A DNA stretch of 64,000 bases from Flavobacterium sp. (GTDB lineage Bacteria > Bacteroidota > Bacteroidia > Flavobacteriales > Flavobacteriaceae). Where the stretch lies: assembly GCF_049240005.1 (NCBI RefSeq), contig NZ_JBMLTK010000028.1, positions 8,773-72,772 of the forward strand. The letters are read 5' to 3'. The notes beneath the pieces were generated by a model, which saw only the letters and a list, made by a program, of their open reading frames with translations, was not told where the DNA came from and searched no databases. Position numbers and translations under genes: made by a program. This document shows, in pieces, positions 7,477 to 16,041 of this stretch; within the stretch, counting starts at the first letter, position 1, and each line of letters opens with the position of its first letter.

Positions 7477-8388
7477 TTAATGAGTAAAAAAAGTCCTTTT
7501 GAATAAAATATAAATCAGAAATACAAAAGAGATGATGAATAATACTCGCAAACCATTAAAACCAAACTTATCTCTTTTTGTTGACAATAATTCCTTTTCT
7601 TTCGAGGATTTTACTCGATTAAACACCTGCGCTATAGATAGCCATTCAATTTCATAATTATCCCCTTTGTTTATTTCATCATCAACCGCAATTTCGATAA
7701 TTATTGCTGTATTATTATCTTTTGATTCCAATTCACATTGGTTTTGAATTAGTGCAATCTTTTGCTCAACAGACTTTCTTTTGTCTACTAATGTTGTTAT
7801 TAAATCATAATCACTCCAAGCTTCGTTAACGCCATCGGTACAAAGGAAGAAAATATCTCCACTATCTACTTTGTCAATTTTAATAATTTCTGGAGTGGTG
7901 GTCTTGTTTTCTTTGTTAGCTACAATTGCCTTACTAATTCTGTTATTCATGGGGTGATGCCGACCTTCTTCTCTAGTTATTTCACCCGATTTTACTAATT
8001 CACTAACAATAGAATGATCCCAAGTGTGCCAAACTAAATTTTCTTTAGGCTTCAACCAATACAAACGACTATCACCAATATGGGCTATAAACGCATTATT
8101 TTTATTAAAAAACAAACAACAAAAAGTAGTTCCCATTCCAATAGTTTCAGGGTTTTGACCGTACCTTTCATTTAATGCTTTTTGTGCATCAACAAGCAAC
8201 TTTTCAATGTTAAGTTTGGTAATTTCAATTGGATTTTCTAAAATAAAATCCTTTATAAAATTACTAGCAACTTCTCCTTTAGTATGACCACCAACACCAT
8301 CACAAACAATAAAAGTAGTGCTGTTACTACCAAAGGCATCTTCTTGGTTAGCGCGTTTGCCCAGTTGTGAAAAAGAAATTGACTTCAT
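7477..8388 (-). CDS. PP2C-family Ser/Thr protein phosphatase with a C-terminal TM anchor
   Basis: RANQEDAFG, VCDGVGGH, HIGDSRLY, LCTDGV, DNNTAII. C-terminal helix LRVLFIISFVFLIYILF. Confidence 0.9.
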   Translation of the reverse strand: MKSISFSQLGKRANQEDAFGSNSTTFIVCDGVGGHTKGEVASNFIKDFILENPIEITKLNIEKLLVDAQKALNERYGQNPETIGMGTTFCCLFFNKNNAFIAHIGDSRLYWLKPKENLVWHTWDHSIVSELVKSGEITREEGRHHPMNNRISKAIVANKENKTTTPEIIKIDKVDSGDIFFLCTDGVNEAWSDYDLITTLVDKRKSVEQKIALIQNQCELESKDNNTAIIIEIAVDDEINKGDNYEIEWLSIAQVFNRVKSSKEKELLSTKRDKFGFNGLRVLFIISFVFLIYILFKRTFFTH

Positions 8389-8389
8389 T

Positions 8390-9436
8390 TTATTTTGGTG
8401 TTTTTATGCCAAGTCCAGCAAGCATTTCTTTTGCTTCAGCATCATTAGTAGTAGCCGCTTTTTGAAGCCAAGTAACCGCCAATGCTTTATCTTTTATAAC
8501 TCCATCACCTTGAAGATACATCTTACCTAACATTACCATCGAACTAGTATCCTTTTTATTTGCCGCCTTTAAAAACCATTCAAAAGCTAACTTATTATCT
8601 TGCTTTACTCCTATTCCATTGAGGTATAAGTTCCCTAATTCGTGCATTCCATACTTATTTCCCATTTTGGCTGACTTTTCAAACCAATAAAAAGCTTTTG
8701 AGACATCAAGAGAGGTATGTAAACCCACTTGGTAATTTCTTCCGACTTCAACCATATCTTGAGAACTATTTAAAAGAGCTGCTTTAAGCTTAAAGGCAAA
8801 CGCTTTTTCATCACTTTTGGGAACACCCTTACCTAAAGTAAACATAGCGCTTAAATTATGTAAAGCTTCAATATTATCTTGGTCAGCAGCCATCGAAAAA
8901 TAATAAAATGCCAACCTAAAATCAACCTCTTTGCCAAAACCATTGAAGTACATTTCTCCTATTTTATTCATGGCATCACTACTTTTGGATGAAGCTTGAC
9001 TGAAAAAGTCAAAAGCCTTTGGGTAGTTTTCTTCCATATAGTAAAGTAGTCCAATTCTGTATATCGCTTCTTCGGAGCCGTTATCTTTTGCTTTATTTAA
9101 ATAAGTAAGTGCTTTGGGGATGTCTTTTTTAAAATTTGAATCCCATGAATAAAATTTACCCAAAGCCAACAGAAATGAATCGTCTTGCTCTGCTATAGGC
9201 TCAATCCATTTTTGCAATTGCACTTCGTCAAACTCAAAGGTTAAATTATCTTGTAATACAATGTATGATAGTGCTGCTAAAGCTGTTTTATCTCCTTTTT
9301 CGGCTTCCGGCCATAGTTGATTGTAAGCGGCTTCGTATTGTTCTTCTAGAAAGAATTTTTTAATTTCATTTATGTTAACTTGAGAGTAGGAGTTTATTGA
9401 GAGGAGGGTTAATATAATGATTATTGTTTTTTTCAT
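8390..9436 (-). CDS. secreted Sel1-repeat (SLR/TPR-like) protein
   Basis: Signal peptide MKKTIIIILTLLSINSYSQ. Repeated units of the form A..WF.KAA..G...A...LG.MY..G.GV..D. Confidence 0.85.
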   Translation of the reverse strand: MKKTIIIILTLLSINSYSQVNINEIKKFFLEEQYEAAYNQLWPEAEKGDKTALAALSYIVLQDNLTFEFDEVQLQKWIEPIAEQDDSFLLALGKFYSWDSNFKKDIPKALTYLNKAKDNGSEEAIYRIGLLYYMEENYPKAFDFFSQASSKSSDAMNKIGEMYFNGFGKEVDFRLAFYYFSMAADQDNIEALHNLSAMFTLGKGVPKSDEKAFAFKLKAALLNSSQDMVEVGRNYQVGLHTSLDVSKAFYWFEKSAKMGNKYGMHELGNLYLNGIGVKQDNKLAFEWFLKAANKKDTSSMVMLGKMYLQGDGVIKDKALAVTWLQKAATTNDAEAKEMLAGLGIKTPK

Positions 9437-9448
9437 AACTAGTTAAAA

Positions 9449-11278
9449 TTAATTATGTGGTAAAGTTGGGGAAAATCGATCAACATCTTTTTTTGCAGGT
9501 TCATATCCATTAATATATGCTTTATTATAATATTCATATGCCATAGCATCACTTTGATCTAAATAGTATCCATTTTCATACATTAAACCAATATTATAAA
9601 AGCTTTCTTTGGTATTAGCATCTTTAAAGAATTCATATGCTTTTTGATAATTTTTTTGCTCTAAAAAGCATAATCCAATATAATTTAAGGCATCAAATTG
9701 ATTTTCTGCATTATAAGTTATTGATGAAGCAAATAATTTTTTTGCTTCTTCATAATCTTTTAATTCAAAATAACATACTCCTAAATAGTAATTTAATTCT
9801 CTTGATTTTTCTTGATCTTTTTCTATTGCCAACCTATACCTAATAATTGCTGACTTGTATTCACCCTTGTCAAAATAAGAATTCGCTTCTTTTATAATTG
9901 ATTGTATTGAATTGATTGAGTCATACTTTTTATCAACATAGGATTTTGTTATAGATTCAGGAATGATTTCAACATCATCTGAGGTATTGTCCTTGTATAT
10001 CTTTATGATAGAAGAGAGTAGAATTATAAAAAAAACCGTTCCAAAAATGTACAAAAAAACTTTAAACTCCTCTTTTCTGTAGTATAAAATTTTTGTTTCG
10101 ACCGATTTAATATTAGATTTTTCATCTTTTACACTAACTTTATAAGTACCTGGATTTAAGTTTAGAAAAGTTTTTTCAGTAGTATATTTACCATCATTTA
10201 TTGAATATGTAAAATTTTTGCCTAGTGGGTAAAGAATTTCAATTGAACCTGTTTTCTTTCCTTTTTGAGGATGTGTCGTTTTAACTAAAGGGGTTTCAAT
10301 TTTATTGTATTTAACAGTTTCTTCAACTACAGTTTCTTCATTTTTTATTAAAATTTCTTTTTTTTGTTCATTTTTAAAAATAATATCTAATAACTCATCA
10401 GCAGTTTTAACCCTATAATTAGGATCTCTTACGAGACATTTTTCGGCTATTTTTTGCCATCTTTTCGGGAGTTCTTCAATATTTTCAGAGATTTTTTCAT
10501 TCAAAATTTTATCTCCTATACCTTGTCTTGAAACAGACGTATTATTTTTTGGTGTAGAATTGAATAGTGATTTACCTGTAAAAAGTTCATATATAATAAC
10601 ACCATAAGCCCATAAGTCAGTGTTATAATAAATTTTTGTATCTCCTTTAATTTGTTCGGGAGAACTATATTCTACTGTACCACCTTGTACACTATTTTCA
10701 ATGAAACTTTCAACTTCTTGATTTACAATTTTAGACAAACCAAAATCTGTAATCAATGGTGTAATTAATCTTCTTTTTTCATCATAATGTATAAGTATGT
10801 TTGAAGGTTTTAAATCACGGTGTATTCTATTGTTTTTATGTAGAAACGACAGTCCTTTTAAAATATCTACTGCAATATTTTCTTTATCATCAAAAGATAA
10901 TTCTTTTTGTAATTCTTTTCCTTTTTCGTGTTCTTCTTCATAACTAACACCATTAAGTTTTATTAATTTACTTAAGTTACCATAAGGGTAATATTCCATA
11001 ATGATATAATCGTATTCACCATGATCTGTCTTAATATTTATTACATCTTTATAATAAGCTATATTATCGTTTGGAGATAAATCCTTTATGACTTTGAATT
11101 CTTCTTCTAAGGAATATTTCTTACCATCGATAAATTTTACCTCAGAACGTTTAATAGCATATTGATAGTTATCTCTATCATTGTATTTTGCCTTAAAGAC
11201 AACAGAAAAAGCCCCATTTCCTCTGAAATCTTTTTCAATATCAAATTTGTATAGTTGTCTTAACTGTTCGTAATTCAT
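9449..11278 (-). CDS. membrane Ser/Thr protein kinase with extracytoplasmic TPR/Sel1-like repeats
   Basis: GNGAFSVVFKA..YAIKR, HRDLKPSNIL, DFGLSK, SSPEQ. TM helix FLYIFGTVFFIILLSSIIKIY, then TPR/Sel1-like repeats. Confidence 0.9.
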   Translation of the reverse strand: MNYEQLRQLYKFDIEKDFRGNGAFSVVFKAKYNDRDNYQYAIKRSEVKFIDGKKYSLEEEFKVIKDLSPNDNIAYYKDVINIKTDHGEYDYIIMEYYPYGNLSKLIKLNGVSYEEEHEKGKELQKELSFDDKENIAVDILKGLSFLHKNNRIHRDLKPSNILIHYDEKRRLITPLITDFGLSKIVNQEVESFIENSVQGGTVEYSSPEQIKGDTKIYYNTDLWAYGVIIYELFTGKSLFNSTPKNNTSVSRQGIGDKILNEKISENIEELPKRWQKIAEKCLVRDPNYRVKTADELLDIIFKNEQKKEILIKNEETVVEETVKYNKIETPLVKTTHPQKGKKTGSIEILYPLGKNFTYSINDGKYTTEKTFLNLNPGTYKVSVKDEKSNIKSVETKILYYRKEEFKVFLYIFGTVFFIILLSSIIKIYKDNTSDDVEIIPESITKSYVDKKYDSINSIQSIIKEANSYFDKGEYKSAIIRYRLAIEKDQEKSRELNYYLGVCYFELKDYEEAKKLFASSITYNAENQFDALNYIGLCFLEQKNYQKAYEFFKDANTKESFYNIGLMYENGYYLDQSDAMAYEYYNKAYINGYEPAKKDVDRFSPTLPHN

Positions 11279-11302
11279 GTCATGAATTTAAATTATTATA
11301 AA

Positions 11303-12973
11303 CTATTTTAATTTAACTGTACCTGATTGCTCTTGAAAACCATAAACTTCTTTTGTTTCTTCATTATAGTAATTGTGTTCATTTATTTTGTACGATCCAA
11401 CCATTCCTTTATTTGTAATTTCAACAATCAATTTAAATGGAACTAGAGTTGGGTTTTTAAATCCACTTCCTTTTGTACCCAAATTTATAACGCCATTAAA
11501 TTCAATTTGTTTGTTAGATGATTTAGGTTTTACCTTATAGTTATAGCTATTCAAATCCCAAGTTCCAAATAAATTTTTATTATCCGTATTTCCGGTAATT
11601 CTATATGACCCATCAGTATTTTTAGTTAATTTCATAAAACATTTGGTTGTTTTATTTACAGTAGCGTTATAGATTACTCCTTCAAAATTCCTCGGTAAAT
11701 TTGAGTTTGTTAATCTGTCGAAATTATCACTTAAATTTGAATCATTGTTTAAATTTTTACTGACTTTACGAGATTCTATGGAGTCTAGTTTATTTAAACT
11801 ATCTTTTCTCTGATTGATCACATTTTTACTTTTTTCTTCAAAAAAGTCTCTATTATAAACATCTTTTGACGGCTGCTTCTCTTGTGTTGGTCCTAAATTA
11901 TTTTTACTTTCTATATTATTCCATATGATGAGAGATAACAGAATTACACTTACTAGTAGTAAAACATATTTTAAGAATTTGAAGTCATTTTTTTTTGGGT
12001 TTGTGAATGATTTGTTTTGAACCACATCTAAAATAGTCGATTGATTTTTTTGATGAGTTTCACTTTTATTAATTTCATAACTCCTATCAGGATTTTCAAT
12101 AATCTTTAATAATGTAGTTGTTGATTTTATTCTTTCATTTGGGTCTTTAATGAGGCATAATTTAGCAATATTTCTCCATATTGGTGGGAGTTCATTTAGT
12201 TTATCTGAAATATTTAAATTTACTATTTGGTTAAAAATTTCTACATCATTACTATGACTTCCTGTATGCGATGTTGTATTACTAAATAATTGTTTTCCTG
12301 TAAAAATCTCGTATATAATTACTCCATATGCCCAAAGATCAGAATTGAATCTAATTTCATTATTTTTAAGTTGTTCAGGTGAGCTATATCCCAATGTTCC
12401 ACCACTAAAACTATTGTTTATTAAACTGTTTTTGTTATTCATTGCTTTTTTAGAAAGCCCAAAATCAGTTATTAATGGTATAATGATTCTATCTTTTGCT
12501 TTACCATAAACATGAATAAGAATGTTTGAAGGCTTTAAGTCCCTATGAATAATGTTGTTAGCATGTAAAAAATCTATACCTTTAAGTAGCTGGATAGCAA
12601 TGCTTTCTTTTTCTTGATTGTTCAGTTTTTCACTTTTTATTATGTTATCTAAATTACCATCCTTATAAAACTGTAAGATTGCATAATCAAAAATACCTTG
12701 TTGTGTTTCAAAAGTAAACACATATTCATAGTTGGCTATGTTAGGATGACTCCCTAGATTCTCTAGGGCTTTAAACTCATCTTTTAATGAAAACTCTCTA
12801 CCATCAATTATTTTTACTTCAGAAACCTTTATGGCAACTTCTCGATGTAAAACAGTGTCAAGGGCTTTGTAGACTTTTCCAAAAGCACCATTACCGATTA
12901 AGTCGGTTTTGATGTTGTAATGAAATCGTTTAAAAAAATCGTCGATTGTTTTGATTTGATTGTATTTTGACAT
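11303..12973 (-). CDS. membrane Ser/Thr protein kinase (paralog) with a distinct beta-rich C-terminal domain
   Basis: GNGAFGKVYKA..VAIKV, HRDLKPSNIL, DFGLSK, SSPEQ. TM helix YVLLLVSVILLSLIIW, followed by an uncharacterised C-terminal domain of ~210 aa. Confidence 0.9.
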   Translation of the reverse strand: MSKYNQIKTIDDFFKRFHYNIKTDLIGNGAFGKVYKALDTVLHREVAIKVSEVKIIDGREFSLKDEFKALENLGSHPNIANYEYVFTFETQQGIFDYAILQFYKDGNLDNIIKSEKLNNQEKESIAIQLLKGIDFLHANNIIHRDLKPSNILIHVYGKAKDRIIIPLITDFGLSKKAMNNKNSLINNSFSGGTLGYSSPEQLKNNEIRFNSDLWAYGVIIYEIFTGKQLFSNTTSHTGSHSNDVEIFNQIVNLNISDKLNELPPIWRNIAKLCLIKDPNERIKSTTTLLKIIENPDRSYEINKSETHQKNQSTILDVVQNKSFTNPKKNDFKFLKYVLLLVSVILLSLIIWNNIESKNNLGPTQEKQPSKDVYNRDFFEEKSKNVINQRKDSLNKLDSIESRKVSKNLNNDSNLSDNFDRLTNSNLPRNFEGVIYNATVNKTTKCFMKLTKNTDGSYRITGNTDNKNLFGTWDLNSYNYKVKPKSSNKQIEFNGVINLGTKGSGFKNPTLVPFKLIVEITNKGMVGSYKINEHNYYNEETKEVYGFQEQSGTVKLK

Positions 12974-12984
12974 TTTCTCTCGGA

Positions 12985-13545
12985 TTATTGATTTTCCTGT
13001 AAAAAACTTATTACCTGAGCCACTTTTTCAGCTTGATCATTTTCACTTATGGCAAACTCAAGAGTCTCATTTCTTTCAAGCTCTTCATAACTAATCTCTC
13101 CATCACCATAATACGTGATTCTTCCTTTTGTTTGATGCAATTGTTTGCCGTTTTCAGTTGTGAAACTTGGATAGGCATACCAACTAGATAGGAATACAAA
13201 TTTTACACTTTGAGTGGCAGCATTATATTCTGTTTCTGAATCAATAATTTCATAAGTAGGATTTTCGCCTGAAAAAAAGGAAACTGCCTTCATGTATTTT
13301 TTTGTGAATTCTGCGATAGAAGCCTCAGCCATAATTCTTTTTCTTTCAATAGCTTCTCTTTTAAGTTCTTCTTGAACTGCTGCAATCGAATCTTGTTTGG
13401 CCTGATAAATACTGTCTTGAACTCTTTGGTATTCCTCTTGAGTAATTACAGAATCAACCTCGGATTGAATTGTTTGGTCTTGTTCTTTTTTTATACAGGA
13501 CGTAAAAATGGATGCCATGATTAGTATTAAGACTATATTTTTCAT
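12985..13545 (-). CDS. lipoprotein of unknown function
   Basis: Signal peptide plus lipobox (IFTSC), a Q/E-rich coiled-coil-like stretch, then a globular C-terminus. There is an 11-nt gap to the kinase gene. Confidence 0.7.
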   Translation of the reverse strand: MKNIVLILIMASIFTSCIKKEQDQTIQSEVDSVITQEEYQRVQDSIYQAKQDSIAAVQEELKREAIERKRIMAEASIAEFTKKYMKAVSFFSGENPTYEIIDSETEYNAATQSVKFVFLSSWYAYPSFTTENGKQLHQTKGRITYYGDGEISYEELERNETLEFAISENDQAEKVAQVISFLQENQ

Positions 13546-13566
13546 AATTTTTAGTTTTAAAATGGT

Positions 13567-14283
13567 TTACAGAATTGTTACTTGAATTATCGTTCTACCT
13601 AATCGGATTTTATCATTGTTTTGAAGTACAATTATTTCATTTCTAGACTTGTCTTCAAAGGTCTTTAGCTTTTCTTCATTTATAAAAGTATGGTTTAAAC
13701 TACCATTATCCTGAATTGAAAAAGTATTGTTCTTGTCGTTACGCTTAATAAGAGCATGGGCTCTTGACATCATAGTGTCTTCCGTTTCAATGGCAATATC
13801 GGGTTGGATTGTTGTATTGTTTTTTCTGCCAATTGTCAAGAAAGGTTGTGAAATTTCAAAATGCTGCTCTTTGTTATTTTCAGAAGCTAAAACTAACAAG
13901 GAGAGTTTTTTTTCTGTTTGATTAACACTTCCTACTTTGGTTTTATTGGTTACTGCATTTCCATTTGAAGTATCATTTGCAACAGGTACAGTTAAAAACA
14001 TCATCTTTTTGCAATGAAAACACTTGTTTTTGATGCTTTTACCTTCTGAACCTTCGGTAGTTACGATGGTATTTTCTTTATTGCAAAAAGAACAATTTTC
14101 TTTGAATATTACTTTCTTCATAGTACTTGTTTTTGAATCTTGAATAGTTTTTATCAATCCTATTCGATGGTTACAATTGGAGCAAGTGAATTGCAATGAA
14201 TTCCATTCTTCTTGATTATTAGGTAAATTAGATATCCCGATAGATATGTCACAATTTGGACACTTAAAAAGTTGCTTTTCCAT
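13567..14283 (-). CDS. double zinc-ribbon + FHA domain protein
   Basis: Four CxxC pairs (CPNC, CSNC, CSFC, CFHC). C-terminal FHA signature LTIGRKNN...MSRAHALIKR...IQDNGSLNHTFINEEKL. Confidence 0.8.
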   Translation of the reverse strand: MEKQLFKCPNCDISIGISNLPNNQEEWNSLQFTCSNCNHRIGLIKTIQDSKTSTMKKVIFKENCSFCNKENTIVTTEGSEGKSIKNKCFHCKKMMFLTVPVANDTSNGNAVTNKTKVGSVNQTEKKLSLLVLASENNKEQHFEISQPFLTIGRKNNTTIQPDIAIETEDTMMSRAHALIKRNDKNNTFSIQDNGSLNHTFINEEKLKTFEDKSRNEIIVLQNNDKIRLGRTIIQVTIL

Positions 14284-14288
14284 AATGA

Positions 14289-15269
14289 CTAGCTGTAAAA
14301 TCCATCAATCGAGTCATCATTACTGATGTTATTATCTGCTTCATCATTCAAATTTCCTTGAAGGTCGTTTTCATCAAGTTCATCAGCTTCGGTATCTTCT
14401 TGATCATCTTCATTTTGATCGTCCTTTCCCTCATAATCCTCATCATCAGCACCTTGACCAATACTTATAGGTCCTCCAATAGGAAGCACTTCACCTGTCA
14501 TTGTATAAGCAGCTCCAAATTGAATTTCATTGCCAACAACATTCACATCCATCAATATAATATCTGCATCTCCATCAAAATTGGTGTCCAAAACGAGGTC
14601 ATGAATTTCATTACCATTCGCATCTACAAGAAAGATATCTGGCTTTCCATCATTATTGCTATCGAGCTCTTTGATGATTTTTTGTTCAAAATCATGGTCT
14701 AATTCATCAATTATTTCATACTTTACTGGTTCTGGTTCATTTCCACCTGGTTCTGGTTCGTCAATTGGACTATTCATAGGAATTGTAACACTTGAATCAA
14801 CTTCTTGTATTTGCGTAGTTTCCTCATCAATCGATTGCCAATATTCTTGATGCTGTTCAACAGTCATACTATTCCATTCTTCTTTGGTGTAGGTATTGTA
14901 TAATTTCCCTTGGTATTCAAAAAAACCACCGGGTCCAACTTCTTCTCGAGCAGTTGCGTAAGCGTTTTCAAAATCCATAGCATCAGTCACCGATTTTGCA
15001 AAAGGTGCCTCTGTACAAATAACCACAGCATCATCAGAAACTTCATTATCATTGGAATCAGGAGTTGGATCTGTTGGCTTCACAATTTTATTATTGGATT
15101 TAGAGATAAATCCCATTAAAGCAAATGCCCCAGCTCCTATTGCAATCCCCGCTAAACCAATCTCTGTTTTAAGAAGTGTATCTTTTTGAATTTTTGATAA
15201 TCCCCTTAAAACAATATTCCCTTTACTTTTGGGTTGTTCGTTGTTTCTATTATCAATTGTCGTTTCCAT
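14289..15269 (-). CDS. single-pass membrane protein with a highly acidic C-terminal region and DxDxDG-like calcium-binding loops
   Basis: TM helix IGLAGIAIGAGAFALMGFI. Loops DSNNDGKPD and DTNFDGDAD. Long D/E-rich tail. Confidence 0.7.
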   Translation of the reverse strand: METTIDNRNNEQPKSKGNIVLRGLSKIQKDTLLKTEIGLAGIAIGAGAFALMGFISKSNNKIVKPTDPTPDSNDNEVSDDAVVICTEAPFAKSVTDAMDFENAYATAREEVGPGGFFEYQGKLYNTYTKEEWNSMTVEQHQEYWQSIDEETTQIQEVDSSVTIPMNSPIDEPEPGGNEPEPVKYEIIDELDHDFEQKIIKELDSNNDGKPDIFLVDANGNEIHDLVLDTNFDGDADIILMDVNVVGNEIQFGAAYTMTGEVLPIGGPISIGQGADDEDYEGKDDQNEDDQEDTEADELDENDLQGNLNDEADNNISNDDSIDGFYS

Positions 15270-15367
15270 GATTTTGCTATTTATTTTGTTTTACAGTGTA
15301 AAGGTGCAATGGATATGCTTTGAGTTTTAATAAATTGTACGAAATCAATTGTTGGCTGTACAAAACC

Positions 15368-16039
15368 TTATTTATTATAAATTGCACCGCATTTTTTTGG
15401 ACAGACTTTATTCTTTTTCAGTTTTAACCATGAGTAATTTTCATCATGAATTGGAAAAATATAATCGCATTTAGGATTTGGACAGTTATACTTAGCTATA
15501 AAGTCATGTTTTTTGTTTTCAAATTTTTTTGAAATTAAGTACACATAAATAACTATGGTTGCACTTAAACAAGAGATAATTAGAGAAACTGCATTTAGAA
15601 TTCCTTCTTCACTGAAGTAAGCTTTTGAAACACCTATTAATCCTATAAATGGTATACAAATAGATTGCAAACTTCTTAATTCTCTAATTTTTTTACTTTT
15701 CTTTTTATACGTTTCATAAATAATTTTTCTTTGATCAAACTCTTCTGAATAATCAGTTTTGTTTTCATTTAAAATAGTAGTATAACGCTCGACTATTTCA
15801 CCTAAATCAACAATATATTTAGTTTCTACCCCTAAAGTTATTTTATCCTCCACGGTGACTATTTTACTAACAATAGGGTTGCCATTGACATAAGTCCCGT
15901 TTGTTGAATTCAAGTCTTGCAATAAAATTTCTCCGTTGTCAATAATTATTTTAGCATGAACTCTGCTCACTGATGAAAATTCTCCTGGTACTAATAGTGT
16001 GTTTTCACCCGTTACTTCTCTTCCTATCAAAAATTCCAT
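15368..16039 (-). CDS. FHA domain - two TM - zinc-ribbon protein
   Basis: N-terminal FHA LIGRE...SRVHAKIIIDNGEILLQDLNSTNGTYVNGNPI, two hydrophobic helices, and C-terminal CPNPKC...CPKKC. Confidence 0.8.
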   Translation of the reverse strand: MEFLIGREVTGENTLLVPGEFSSVSRVHAKIIIDNGEILLQDLNSTNGTYVNGNPIVSKIVTVEDKITLGVETKYIVDLGEIVERYTTILNENKTDYSEEFDQRKIIYETYKKKSKKIRELRSLQSICIPFIGLIGVSKAYFSEEGILNAVSLIISCLSATIVIYVYLISKKFENKKHDFIAKYNCPNPKCDYIFPIHDENYSWLKLKKNKVCPKKCGAIYNK

Positions 16040-16041
16040 GT

